Shown here: piece by piece, positions 9,511 to 18,675 of the stretch
How the letters are laid out: each line of letters opens with the position of its first letter
How positions within the stretch are numbered: position 1 is the stretch's first letter
Origin: Alphaproteobacteria bacterium
GTDB lineage: Bacteria > Pseudomonadota > Alphaproteobacteria > JAAXGF01
Assembly: GCA_046582565.1 (NCBI GenBank)
Contig: JAYGED010000198.1
Span: 1-54,791, forward strand
Direction of reading: 5' to 3'
Length of the DNA: 54,791 bases
Made by a program: the position numbers and the translations under genes
The notes under the pieces: model-generated
Databases searched by the model: none
The model's input: only the letters and a program-made list of their open reading frames with translations
What the model was told of the DNA's origin: nothing

Positions 9511-10866
9511 ATGATCGAAGACAGCACAAGAACGCCTGCGGCCTTGCCGTTGCGGAAATGGTTTGCCGACGGTTTTCTCGGCCGCATCTTCCGCAACGCC
9601 GGTGCTCTGCTCGGCGGCAAGGCGGTCGCCGGCGCCCTGTCGCTCGGCACTCTGGCGGTGACCGCGCGCGGTCTCGGGCCCGAGCTGTTCGGCACGCTCA
9701 TCCTGATCCACAGCTACGTCAAGCTGGTCGGCGGGTTGACCAAGTTCCAATCCTGGCAGGCGGTGATCCATTTCGGCGCCACCTGCCTTGAAGAAAAACG
9801 ACCCGACGACCTGCAGCGGCTGATCAAATTCACCACCCTGCTCGATCTGGCGAGTGCGGTAATCGGCATGGCCCTGGCCATGGCCCTGGTCGGTCTGGTC
9901 GGCGAGACGCTCGGTTGGGACGCGAGCACGGTCGATCTGGTCATGGTCTATAGCCTGCTCATCGCGGTCACCATCAAGGCGACCCCGATCGGCGTGCTGC
10001 GCCTGTTCGACCGCTTCAAGCTGATCGCCCTGCAGACCCCTCTCGGTCCGACGGTCGGCCTGATCGGCGTGAGCCTGGCCTACGCATCGGACGGCGGGCT
10101 GGTCGCCTATCTCGCCGCCTGGTTCGCCGCCGGCGCGGTGGAGAGCGCAGCCCTGATTGCCCTCGGCTGGCGCGAACTGGGCCGCCAGGGTCTGTTGCGG
10201 AATCTGACTGTCTCCCTGCGCGGCCTGGTCAAGCCCCATCCCGGCCTGTGGCGCTTCGTCTGGGCGGCCAATATTTTCACCTCCCTGTCGGCGGCGGCGT
10301 CCCATCTGATTACCCTGCTGCTCGGCTGGCTGCTCGGGCCCACGGCGGCCGGCCTGTTCAAGATCGCCAATCAGTTCGCCAGCGTGCTGGTGGTGCCGGC
10401 GGCGATCCTGCGCCGCACGATCTACCCCGAATTCGCCAAACTGACCGCCAAGGGCGAGCCTCGTCTGGTGCGCAAGCTGATGCTGCGCGCCGGGCTGATC
10501 TCAGGCAGCGCCGCCGTGGTCGTGGTGCTGGTGCTGATGGTCATCGCCGAGCCGCTGATCAACCTGATCGTCGGTCCGGCCTATGGCGGCGCCGCCGACC
10601 TTCTGGTACTGATCGCCGCCGCCTCCGCCGTCATGCTCTATGGCTTCGCCATCGAGCCGGTGTTCTTCGCCCTCGGGCGGCCCGGCATCATGCTGCGGCT
10701 CAGCGTCATCACGGCGGCCCTCAATCTGGTGCTGATTTTCCTCCTGGTCGCCGAATACGGCCTGATCGGCGCCGGCATGGCGGCCCTGGCAAGCACCTTG
10801 GTCTCGGTCGGCCTGACAACCTTCATCGCGCTGAAAAAGCTCCGCAAGAAAGCAGCCCGCCCATGA
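9511..10866 (+). CDS. Polysaccharide/O-antigen flippase (MOP/Wzx-like)
   Basis: 451 aa, strongly hydrophobic multi-pass protein heading a sugar-nucleotide operon. ATGA overlap with rfbF. Confidence 0.6.
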   Translation: MIEDSTRTPAALPLRKWFADGFLGRIFRNAGALLGGKAVAGALSLGTLAVTARGLGPELFGTLILIHSYVKLVGGLTKFQSWQAVIHFGATCLEEKRPDDLQRLIKFTTLLDLASAVIGMALAMALVGLVGETLGWDASTVDLVMVYSLLIAVTIKATPIGVLRLFDRFKLIALQTPLGPTVGLIGVSLAYASDGGLVAYLAAWFAAGAVESAALIALGWRELGRQGLLRNLTVSLRGLVKPHPGLWRFVWAANIFTSLSAAASHLITLLLGWLLGPTAAGLFKIANQFASVLVVPAAILRRTIYPEFAKLTAKGEPRLVRKLMLRAGLISGSAAVVVVLVLMVIAEPLINLIVGPAYGGAADLLVLIAAASAVMLYGFAIEPVFFALGRPGIMLRLSVITAALNLVLIFLLVAEYGLIGAGMAALASTLVSVGLTTFIALKKLRKKAARP

Positions 10867-11648
10867 CAGACAGCATCAAGACAGTCATTCTCGCCGGCGG
10901 TATCGGCTCGCGATTGTCCGAGGAAACCGACGTGAAGCCCAAGCCCATGGTGGCCATCGGCGGCCGGCCGATCCTGTGGCATATCCTCAAGACCTACGGC
11001 CATCACGGGCTCACCGACTTCACCATCTGCCTTGGCTACAAGGGCTATATGATCAAGGAATATTTCGCCAACTACGTGTTGCATAATTCCGACGTCACCC
11101 TGGACCTGGCCGCGAACCGCATCGAATATCACGACCAGGCCGCCGAGCCCTGGCGCGTCACCCTGGTCGACACCGGTGACGCCACCATGACCGGCGGCCG
11201 CCTGGCCCGGGTGGCGGGCCATCTCGGCGAGGCGGATTGTTTCTGCATGACCTATGGCGACGGCCTGGCCGATGTGGATATCGCCGGCCTGGTGGCGTTC
11301 CACCAAAGCCACGGCAAGCTGGCCACCATGACCGTGGTGCAGCCGCCGGGCCGCTTCGGCGCGACCCTGCTGGACGGCGACCTGGTCACCGAGTTCGTCG
11401 AGAAGCCGCGCGGCGACGGCGGCATGATCAACGGCGGCTTCTTCGTGCTGTCGCCCGGGGTCCTCGATTATATCCGGGGCGACGACACCACCTGGGAACA
11501 GGAGCCGCTGAAGCGCCTCGCCGCCGAGGGCCAGCTTGCCGCCTGGCGCCATGACGGCTTCTGGCAGCCGATGGACACCCTGCGCGAGAAAAACCTGCTG
11601 GAGGCCCTGTGGGAGAGCGGCGAAGCCCCGTGGAAAACATGGCCGTGA
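10863..11648 (+). CDS. rfbF: Glucose-1-phosphate cytidylyltransferase
   Basis: MTDSIKTVILAGGIGSRLSEETDVKPKPMVAIGGRPILWHI..FWQPMDTLREKNLLEALW..APWKTW. The track ORF from 10248 is an upstream read-through. Confidence 0.9.
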   Translation: MTDSIKTVILAGGIGSRLSEETDVKPKPMVAIGGRPILWHILKTYGHHGLTDFTICLGYKGYMIKEYFANYVLHNSDVTLDLAANRIEYHDQAAEPWRVTLVDTGDATMTGGRLARVAGHLGEADCFCMTYGDGLADVDIAGLVAFHQSHGKLATMTVVQPPGRFGATLLDGDLVTEFVEKPRGDGGMINGGFFVLSPGVLDYIRGDDTTWEQEPLKRLAAEGQLAAWRHDGFWQPMDTLREKNLLEALWESGEAPWKTWP

Positions 11649-11652
11649 AAAC

Positions 11653-12699
11653 ATGGCCGTAAATGCGGATTTCTGGCCCGGCCGGCGGGTTCTGCTCACC
11701 GGCCATACGGGCTTCAAGGGCGCCTGGCTCGCCCTCATGCTGGAGGCCCTGGGCGCCGAGGTTCACGGCCTGGCCCTGGCGCCCGCGACCTCGCCCAACC
11801 TGTTCGATATAGCCGCGCCAAAAATAACCTCGACCCTCGGCGATCTTCGCGACCCCGCCGTATCGCAAAGCGTCGTCGCCGAAGCCGATCCTGAAATCGT
11901 CTTTCACCTGGCGGCGCAAGCCCTGGTGCGGCGCTCTTACGCGGCCCCGCTGGAAACCTTCGCGAGCAACGTCATGGGCACGGCGAACCTGCTCGAGGCG
12001 TTGCGCGAGGCAGCCTCCCTCAAAGCCATCATCACCATCACCAGCGACAAGGTCTATGCCAACGACGACAGCGGCAAGGCCTTCACCGAGGACGACCCGC
12101 TCGGCGGCGACGACCCCTACAGCGCCTCCAAGGCCTGCCAGGAAATGGTCTCGGCGGCCTACCGCAAAAGCTTCTTCGCCACGCGCCATGTCCGGCTGGT
12201 CAGCGCCCGCGCCGGCAATGTAATCGGCGGCGGCGACTGGTCGGCGGACCGGCTGGTGCCCGACTTCTTCCGCGCCGTCGCCAAGGGCGAGCCCCTCGCC
12301 CTGCGCTATCCGGACGCCATCCGGCCCTGGCAGCATGTGCTGGAGCCCCTGGCCGGCTATCTCGCCTATGGCGAAGCCCTATTCAGCGGCGCGGACCTGC
12401 CCGACGCCCTGAATTTCGCCCCCGACCCGGCGGACGCCCAGTCCGTCGGCTGGGTCGCCGACCGTCTTGCCGACGCCTGGGGGGACAATGCCTCCTGGAC
12501 TCACCAAGTGGCTGAACATCTCCACGAGGCCGGGCCCCTGTTCCTCGACGGCTCCCTGGCCAAGGCAAGCCTCGGCATCGAGCCGCGCCTGCCCCTGGCC
12601 GACGCTCTCAGCCAGACCGTCGGCTGGTTTCGCGCCCATGCTGAGGGCCGGGATATTCGAGAGCACAGCCTGGCGGAGATCGGACGCTACCTGAAATGA
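11653..12699 (+). CDS. rfbG: CDP-glucose 4,6-dehydratase
   Basis: FWPGRRVLLTGHTGFKGAWLALML..YSASKA.. extended-SDR motifs. Follows rfbF. Confidence 0.9.
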   Translation: MAVNADFWPGRRVLLTGHTGFKGAWLALMLEALGAEVHGLALAPATSPNLFDIAAPKITSTLGDLRDPAVSQSVVAEADPEIVFHLAAQALVRRSYAAPLETFASNVMGTANLLEALREAASLKAIITITSDKVYANDDSGKAFTEDDPLGGDDPYSASKACQEMVSAAYRKSFFATRHVRLVSARAGNVIGGGDWSADRLVPDFFRAVAKGEPLALRYPDAIRPWQHVLEPLAGYLAYGEALFSGADLPDALNFAPDPADAQSVGWVADRLADAWGDNASWTHQVAEHLHEAGPLFLDGSLAKASLGIEPRLPLADALSQTVGWFRAHAEGRDIREHSLAEIGRYLK

Positions 12700-13226
12700 A
12701 ATTCACCGCCACCAAGATTGCCGGCGTCATGGTCGTCGATATCGAGCCCATCGAGGACGAGCGCGGCTTCTTCGCCCGGGGTTTCTGCGCCGCGGAATTC
12801 GCCGCCCAGGGGCTGGCCGGCAGCTTCGTGCAGACCAACATCGCCTTCAACAAACAGCGCGGCACCCTGCGCGGGCTGCATTATCAGGCCGAGCCCAAAC
12901 CCGAGCCCAAGTTGGTGCGCTGCACCCGGGGGGTGATCTTCGATGTGGCCGTCGATCTGCGCCCCGGCTCGCCCACCCAGGGCCGCTGGAGTGGCCACGA
13001 GCTAAGCGCCGAAAACCATCGCGCCCTCTACATCCCCGAGGGCTGCGCCCACGGGTTGCTCACCCTGGCGGACGATACCGAGGTCTACTATCTGATGGGC
13101 GCCGCCTATGATGCGGCACTTACGCGCGGCGTGCGCTGGAACGATCCGGCCTTTGCCATCGACTGGCCCGCGGCCCCCGAAGTGATTTCCGAGCGTGACG
13201 CGGGCTTCCCCGATTACGCCCCATGA
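12696..13226 (+). CDS. Cupin-fold NDP-4-dehydro-6-deoxyhexose 3,5-epimerase (RfbC-like)
   Basis: DERGFFARGF..GTLRGLHYQ motifs. 4-nt overlaps on both sides. Confidence 0.8.
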   Translation: MKFTATKIAGVMVVDIEPIEDERGFFARGFCAAEFAAQGLAGSFVQTNIAFNKQRGTLRGLHYQAEPKPEPKLVRCTRGVIFDVAVDLRPGSPTQGRWSGHELSAENHRALYIPEGCAHGLLTLADDTEVYYLMGAAYDAALTRGVRWNDPAFAIDWPAAPEVISERDAGFPDYAP

Positions 13227-14077
13227 AAAAGCTGCTGGTCACCGGGGCCGGCGGCTTCATCGGCCGTCCTGCGGCCGCCGCCTGTGCGGCCCTGGGCTTC
13301 GAGGTTCATGGCGTGGGGCGCGAGTTCGATCTGACCGACGGGGGCGCGCGCCGAGCGCTGATTAACGACATTCGGCCGAGCCATCTGCTCCATCTTGCCT
13401 GGGAAACCCGCCACGGCTATTTCTGGACGGCGCCGGAAAACGAACTCTGGCTCGATGCCACGGTCGACCTTGCGCGATGCTTCCAGGAGGCGGGCGGCCA
13501 GCGGGCGGTGTTTGCCGGAAGCTGCGCCGAATATGACTGGACGGCCATGGACCAGGGGGTCTGCCGCGAGAATACCACCCCCTGCCGCCCGGCGACCCTA
13601 TACGGCCAAGCCAAGCAGGCCGCCCATGACCGCATCGCCGAGAGTGGCCTGAGCTACGCCTGGGGCCGCCTGTTCCTGCTCTATGGCCCGTATGAGGCCG
13701 AGGCCCGCCTGGCGCCCTCGATCATTCGCGCAAGCCTTAAGGGCGAGGCGGCAGAGCTTAAGGAGCCCGACGCCATACGAGACTTCCTCGATGCTCGTGA
13801 CGCGGGCGCCGCCCTGGCCGCCCTGCTCGCCGACGATGTAGCGGGGCCGGTCAATATCGCGAGCGGTACGGGCATCGCCATTGCGGACCTGGCCCAGCGC
13901 CTGAGCCGCCTGGCCGGCGGCCCCGATCCGATTGCGCCTGAGAAAGCGGTGCCCGATCCGCCGCGCCTGGTCGCCGACATCTCCCGCCTCAAGCAGGAGG
14001 TCGGCTTCACTCCGGCGCGCGATCTCGACCAGGGCCTGGCCGATGCTGTTAACTGGTGGATGAATCAGACAACGTGA
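13223..14077 (+). CDS. NAD-dependent epimerase/dehydratase-family 4-reductase
   Basis: MKKLLVTGAGGFIGR Rossmann motif. Translationally coupled to the epimerase. Confidence 0.75.
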   Translation: MKKLLVTGAGGFIGRPAAAACAALGFEVHGVGREFDLTDGGARRALINDIRPSHLLHLAWETRHGYFWTAPENELWLDATVDLARCFQEAGGQRAVFAGSCAEYDWTAMDQGVCRENTTPCRPATLYGQAKQAAHDRIAESGLSYAWGRLFLLYGPYEAEARLAPSIIRASLKGEAAELKEPDAIRDFLDARDAGAALAALLADDVAGPVNIASGTGIAIADLAQRLSRLAGGPDPIAPEKAVPDPPRLVADISRLKQEVGFTPARDLDQGLADAVNWWMNQTT

Positions 14078-14087
14078 AGAGACGACC

Positions 14088-14849
14088 ATGAAGATAACCA
14101 TCGATACGGACGCCAAGACCATCGAGAGCGGCGGCGAGCAAACCGCGCTCTACAGCAAGGCGGGTTTCGAGCTGATCTCCGATCTCTGGCTCACCACCGG
14201 CTGGGGCATGCGCTATTCCTATACTTTCTCCTGGCTTGGCCGGCCGATCATCCAGCTGCCCGAGGATATGCTGCGCATCCAGGAGGTCATCTATGCGATT
14301 GCGCCCGATGTGATCATCGAATGCGGCGTCGCCCACGGCGGCTCGCTGATCTTCTATGCCAGCCTGCTCAAGGTAATCGGCAGCGGTGCGGGCCGGGTGG
14401 TCGGTGTCGATATCGACATCCGCGCGCACAACCGCAAGGCCATCGAGGAACATGCCTTATCCCCGGCCATCACCCTGATCGAAGGCAGCTCGATTGAGCC
14501 CGCCACCGTGGCAGCGGTGGCGGCCTGCGTAAAGCCTGGCGACAAGGTCCTGGTGCTGCTCGATTCGAACCACACTCGCGATCATGTGCTCGCCGAGCTG
14601 CGCCTCTATGCGCCCCTGGTCAGCGTCGGCTCCTACCTGGTCGCCGCCGACGGGGTCATGGCGGCGCTCACGGACGTTCCCGGCGGCCAGCCGTCCTGGG
14701 GGTCGGACAACCCCACCGAGGCGGCCAAAGACTTCATCGCCGAGCGCGATGATTTCATCCTCGAGACGCCGGCCTTCGACTTCAACGAGAGCGAGCTGAC
14801 CGAGCAGATCACCTATTGGCCCGGCGGCTATTTGAAACGCATTGCCTAA
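14088..14849 (+). CDS. CmcI/cephalosporin-hydroxylase-family class I methyltransferase (sugar O-methyltransferase candidate)
   Basis: SWLGRPIIQLPEDMLRIQEVIYAIAPDVIIECGVAHGGSLIFYASLL matches the CmcI-family signature as I remember it. Confidence 0.7.
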   Translation: MKITIDTDAKTIESGGEQTALYSKAGFELISDLWLTTGWGMRYSYTFSWLGRPIIQLPEDMLRIQEVIYAIAPDVIIECGVAHGGSLIFYASLLKVIGSGAGRVVGVDIDIRAHNRKAIEEHALSPAITLIEGSSIEPATVAAVAACVKPGDKVLVLLDSNHTRDHVLAELRLYAPLVSVGSYLVAADGVMAALTDVPGGQPSWGSDNPTEAAKDFIAERDDFILETPAFDFNESELTEQITYWPGGYLKRIA

Positions 14850-15652
14850 TGACAGCCCGCGTCACTATCGGCGTGCCGGTCTATAACGGGGCGGCCTCTC
14901 TCGAGCGTGCGATCGCCTCGATCGAGGCTCAGAGCCTTAACGATTTCACCGTGATCGCCGCCGATAATGCTTCGACCGACGGCAGTTGGGATATCCTGCA
15001 GGCCTGGGCTAAGCGCGACAGCCGGGTCACAATCCACCGCCACGCAGACAACATCGGCGCCCAGGCCAACTTCCGCTATCTGCTCGATGCCGCCGAGACC
15101 AGGCGGTTCCTGTGGCATGCCTGCGATGATTGGGCGAGCCCAAATTATCTCGAATGCCTCGATGCCCTGCTCGACGCCTATCCCCACTGCGCCCTGGCCT
15201 GCGGCGATGTGGTCAAGCACACGGTCGAGGGCGCAGAGAAGCGCCGCCGCTTCCCCGGTCTGGCCGGGCTATCCCGCCTGGCCCGCGCCCTCACCCTGCT
15301 CAAACGGCCCCGCGCACCGTGGATTTATGGCCTGTTCCGCACCGATGATCTGCGCCGCGCCCAGGCGGCGGCGGATCGGTTCGGCTACGCCTGGGGCGGC
15401 GACTATGTCGCTCTCATGGGGCTCATCCTGGAAGGCCGGGTCTGCGGCACCAACGACGCCGAGTTCCATTACCGCATGTCCACCCCGGCCACTCAGCCCT
15501 ACCGGCCGGTGGACCGGGCCGCCCATTGGCGCTTCTTCAGAGCCTATCTGGCGGCCAACCTCCGCGTTTTGGCGAACGCCCGAATTCCGCTCTCCCACAA
15601 AGCACTTTGCCTGCCCGTCCTGCTACGCCACGTGCTGCGCGCCATCCGCTAG
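14849..15652 (+). CDS. Family 2 glycosyltransferase
   Basis: VTIGVPVYNGAASLERAIASIEAQS..VIAADNASTDGS. ATG 14849 overlaps the preceding TAA. Confidence 0.85.
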   Translation: MTARVTIGVPVYNGAASLERAIASIEAQSLNDFTVIAADNASTDGSWDILQAWAKRDSRVTIHRHADNIGAQANFRYLLDAAETRRFLWHACDDWASPNYLECLDALLDAYPHCALACGDVVKHTVEGAEKRRRFPGLAGLSRLARALTLLKRPRAPWIYGLFRTDDLRRAQAAADRFGYAWGGDYVALMGLILEGRVCGTNDAEFHYRMSTPATQPYRPVDRAAHWRFFRAYLAANLRVLANARIPLSHKALCLPVLLRHVLRAIR

Positions 15653-15659
15653 AGTATTG

Positions 15660-15822
15660 AACCACAGAGACACAGAGACACAGAGACACAGAGACACAGA
15701 GACACAGAGACACAGAGACACAGAGACACAGAGACACAGAGACACAGAGAAGTAAGGAAGAAAATCTCTTGGCGCTTCGCGCCTAAAAACTTTCTTCCTT
15801 ACTTCTCTGTGTCTCTGTGGTT
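15660..15822. repeat. Nested-palindrome intergenic element A (AACC-[CACAGAGA]n-arm-core-arm-[TCTCTGTG]n-GGTT)
   Basis: Arms agtaaggaagaaa / tttcttccttact flank the core TTGGCGCTTCGCGCCTAAAA (15769-15788). Sits between convergent stop codons (15652 and 15830). Confidence 0.9.
15663..15750. repeat. Perfect 8-bp microsatellite, CACAGAGA x 11
   Basis: 88 bp of exact 8-nt periodicity counted in the sequence. The opposing arm has only 2 units (TCTCTGTG x 2, 15805-15820). Confidence 0.95.
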
Positions 15823-15829
15823 AAACCTT

Positions 15830-16777
15830 TTACCCGCGCGTTATGCGCCGCCAGAGAGGGGGGATCGACTGGAGGGCGCCGAGGGGATGGCGCTTGGCGG
15901 CACGCAGCTCATCCTCGACGTGATCGAGCTGATTGAGCGCCCCTCTCATGGCGTCGAGGGCGCCCTCGATGCGCGCCCAATCCTGCCACAAAGTTTCATC
16001 GTCCCTGGTCAGGGCATCGCTCGCCAACCCGTGCAGCCAGCGATAGGCGTCATAGACCAGAGGGTCGGCTGCACCCTCCAGATCATCAGCGGTAAAGCGC
16101 GAATGCCGCATGCCGGGACGCAGGAACGCCTGGGCATAGGCGGCAATCTCAGCCGGATCGGCGGGCGGCAGGGCGAGCTGTTCGGTGATGCGCGCGAGCT
16201 GCACCTCGGGCGCCGCCAGCAGGGAATCAAAATCCACCGCCACCAGGGGCCGGGTCCGGGCGCGCCGGAAATAGGGCACGATATTGACCAGCCACTCGAG
16301 ATCGCTCTTTTGCTGGCGGCCCCGGCGGGAATCGAGCTTGCCCCGCGAGGCGGCAACGCTGAGCGGATTGCGCAGGGCCAGCAGATAGCGCACATCGAGA
16401 TCAAGCGCCTCATGCACCGCTTCCCAGAACGGCAGGAAGCGCAAGGTGCGGCCGTATTTATAGCCCCACAAGGGCGAGCCGCCGAACCGCCGTTTAAGGG
16501 TGTCCACCGCTTCGGCGCGGTGCGCCACGACTTCCGGCCTGTCCCATTCTTCGGGCTCGATCAGCCGTACGCTGTCGCCTCGCACGCCAAGGATGCGCTT
16601 GAGGCGCTGGTTGAGCGCCAAAATGTCGCGATCCTCGAAGAAGCCGGTCGGGTTCTTGCCCCAGCCGGCCCGCAAGCGGTCGCCGAGATCGACGCCGACG
16701 GCGGCCAGGCCCCGGGTCGCGGCGCTGGTACCGCTGCGCCCGGCGCCGAGGACCACCACCGCAATAGAGCGCGTCAT
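15830..16777 (-). CDS. Sulfotransferase-family protein
   Basis: PAPS-binding-like motifs VVVLGAGRSGTSA (5'-PSB) and LRNPLSVAASR (3'-PB). ATGA overlap with the upstream asnB-like gene. Confidence 0.6.
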   Translation of the reverse strand: MTRSIAVVVLGAGRSGTSAATRGLAAVGVDLGDRLRAGWGKNPTGFFEDRDILALNQRLKRILGVRGDSVRLIEPEEWDRPEVVAHRAEAVDTLKRRFGGSPLWGYKYGRTLRFLPFWEAVHEALDLDVRYLLALRNPLSVAASRGKLDSRRGRQQKSDLEWLVNIVPYFRRARTRPLVAVDFDSLLAAPEVQLARITEQLALPPADPAEIAAYAQAFLRPGMRHSRFTADDLEGAADPLVYDAYRWLHGLASDALTRDDETLWQDWARIEGALDAMRGALNQLDHVEDELRAAKRHPLGALQSIPPLWRRITRG

Positions 16778-18672
16778 GACGCCGCCCCTTCGCGCTCGAG
16801 CCAGGCCTGGAACATCAGCAGCCGCCACAGCACGCGCTGCCAATCGCCGGCGCCCGAGAGATGTTCCGCCCAGATGGCGCGTACTGTACCCACATCGAAA
16901 AACCCTTCATCAAACAGCCGCCGCGAATTGAGCTGGGCTTCCGCCCAATCTTTCAACGGCCCGCGCAGCCAGGCCGCAATCGGCACGCCGAAGCCGCGTT
17001 TGCGCCGATCGACCAGCGGGCGCGGCACGTAGTTATACAAAATTGCGCGCAACAGACGCTTGTTTTCGTCACGCCCGCTGTATTTGACCGAGGGCGCAAG
17101 CCGCCAGGCCAGCTCGACGACGCCATGATCGAGCAGCGGCACCCGCACCTCGAGGCCGCTCGCCATGCTCGCCCGGTCCACCTTGGCAAGCATCTGATCG
17201 GGCAGGGAGGTGACACTGTCGAAGAAACCGCAGCGCTCCATGAAATCGGGGATGTCGTGGGCAACGCTGCTGTCGAACAGCACCCCGCGCGGCTCCGTCG
17301 CCCCCAGCACCAGGGCGGCGGGATCGGCGACGTAGCTGACCAGGGAGCGATAGAGCGCCACCTCATCCGGGGCGGCGAGATGATCGGCGGCGCGGCCCCG
17401 CCGGTAGGCGCCGTAGCGCGAGCCCGAAGGCCAGGCGCGCAAGGCTGCGGCAGCGCCCCGCCTGAGGGCTGCCGGCGCCAGCCCTAAGCGGCGGCGGAGT
17501 ACATCGGCCCGGTAATAGCGCTTGTAGCCGCCGAAAATCTCGTCGCCGCCGTCGCCGGAGAGCGCCACGGTGACCGATTTGCGCGCCAGGCGGGAGACCA
17601 GCATGGTTGGCATGGCCGAGGAATCGGCGAACGGCTCGTCGTAGCAATCGGGCAAATCGGGCACCAGATCGAGGGCGTCCTGGGCGCTCACGTAAAGCTC
17701 CGTATGGTCGGTGCCGAGATGGCCCGCCACCGCCTTGGCGAAAGGTGCTTCGTCGAATTCCGCCTCGTCGAAGCCGACGCTGTAGGTCTGCACCGGCGAG
17801 GATGCGGCATCCTGCATAAGGGCGACGATGAGCGAGGAATCGATGCCGCCCGAGAGGAAGGCGCCGAGCGGCACGTCGGCCACCATGCGGCGGCGAACCG
17901 CGCCCTTCAGCGCCGCCTCGAGGCGGGCTGTGGCCTCGTCGTCATCCACGGTTTCGCGCGGCGTATCCCGCGCTATGCCACGCAAATCCCAATAGGCGGC
18001 GACCTTCGGCTCAGCCCCGGCGGCCAGGGTCACCGTCTGGCCCGGCGCGAGCTTGTGGATGCCGCGATAGATGCTGTGCGGCGACGGCACGTAGAGATGG
18101 CGGATATAGGCGGCCAGGGCGTCGCGGTCGACCTCGCCTTGCCAGGCCGGATGCGCGCGCAGGGCCTTGAGTTCGGAGCCGAACAGGTATGAATCCCCCA
18201 CCCGCCCCCAATAAAGCGGCTTGATGCCGAGGCGGTCGCGCGCCAGGGTCAGGCTGCGGGATTGCCGGTGCCACAGGGCGAAGGCGAACATGCCGTTGAG
18301 ACGCCCAAGCGCCGCATCGACGCCCCATTCCGCGCAAGCCTCGACCAGGACTTCGCTGTCGCAATGGCCCCGAAAGACGCGGCCCCGCTGTTCAAGCTCG
18401 CGGCGCAATTCAGGGGCATTGTAGATCTCGCCGTTGTAGACCAGGACGCAGGCGCCGCAGGACGAGACCAGCGGCTGGTGGCCGGCGGGGGACAGATCGA
18501 TAATCGCGAGGCGGCGAAAGGCAAGCCCGATCCCGGCCTCGCCATCGACCCAGACGCCGTCGTCGTCGGGCCCGCGATGGACCAGGGTCGCCGCCATGGC
18601 CGTGGCCGTCGCACTCAAAGCCTCGGTGCCGGAGCTGGGCGTCAGTTCAAGCAAACCAGCGATGCCGCACAT
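16774..18672 (-). CDS. Asparagine synthase (glutamine-hydrolysing)-family amidotransferase
   Basis: N-terminal MCGIAG nucleophile and the SGGIDSS PP-loop. 632 aa. Confidence 0.9.
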   Translation of the reverse strand: MCGIAGLLELTPSSGTEALSATATAMAATLVHRGPDDDGVWVDGEAGIGLAFRRLAIIDLSPAGHQPLVSSCGACVLVYNGEIYNAPELRRELEQRGRVFRGHCDSEVLVEACAEWGVDAALGRLNGMFAFALWHRQSRSLTLARDRLGIKPLYWGRVGDSYLFGSELKALRAHPAWQGEVDRDALAAYIRHLYVPSPHSIYRGIHKLAPGQTVTLAAGAEPKVAAYWDLRGIARDTPRETVDDDEATARLEAALKGAVRRRMVADVPLGAFLSGGIDSSLIVALMQDAASSPVQTYSVGFDEAEFDEAPFAKAVAGHLGTDHTELYVSAQDALDLVPDLPDCYDEPFADSSAMPTMLVSRLARKSVTVALSGDGGDEIFGGYKRYYRADVLRRRLGLAPAALRRGAAAALRAWPSGSRYGAYRRGRAADHLAAPDEVALYRSLVSYVADPAALVLGATEPRGVLFDSSVAHDIPDFMERCGFFDSVTSLPDQMLAKVDRASMASGLEVRVPLLDHGVVELAWRLAPSVKYSGRDENKRLLRAILYNYVPRPLVDRRKRGFGVPIAAWLRGPLKDWAEAQLNSRRLFDEGFFDVGTVRAIWAEHLSGAGDWQRVLWRLLMFQAWLEREGAAS

Positions 18673-18675
18673 GGC

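Noticed and set aside
10248-10862. Long N-terminal extensions of rfbF (from 10248) and rfbG (from 11536) in the ORF track
   Set aside because: The extensions overlap the preceding genes in another frame and are Arg/Gly-rich. The canonical N-termini MTDSIKTVILAGG and MAVNADFWPGRRVLLTGHTG begin at 10863 and 11653.
15663-15750. Possible CRISPR array or minisatellite-encoded leader
   Set aside because: The units are 8 bp and contiguous, with no spacers, and there are no cas genes in the window. It is the expanded stem of a palindromic element.
14967-15755. 262-aa ORF ending in an RDTETQRH x4 peptide repeat
   Set aside because: The peptide repeat is just the CACAGAGA microsatellite read in frame. 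The rest of the ORF is an alternative frame of the GT2 gene, so it is not a repeat protein.
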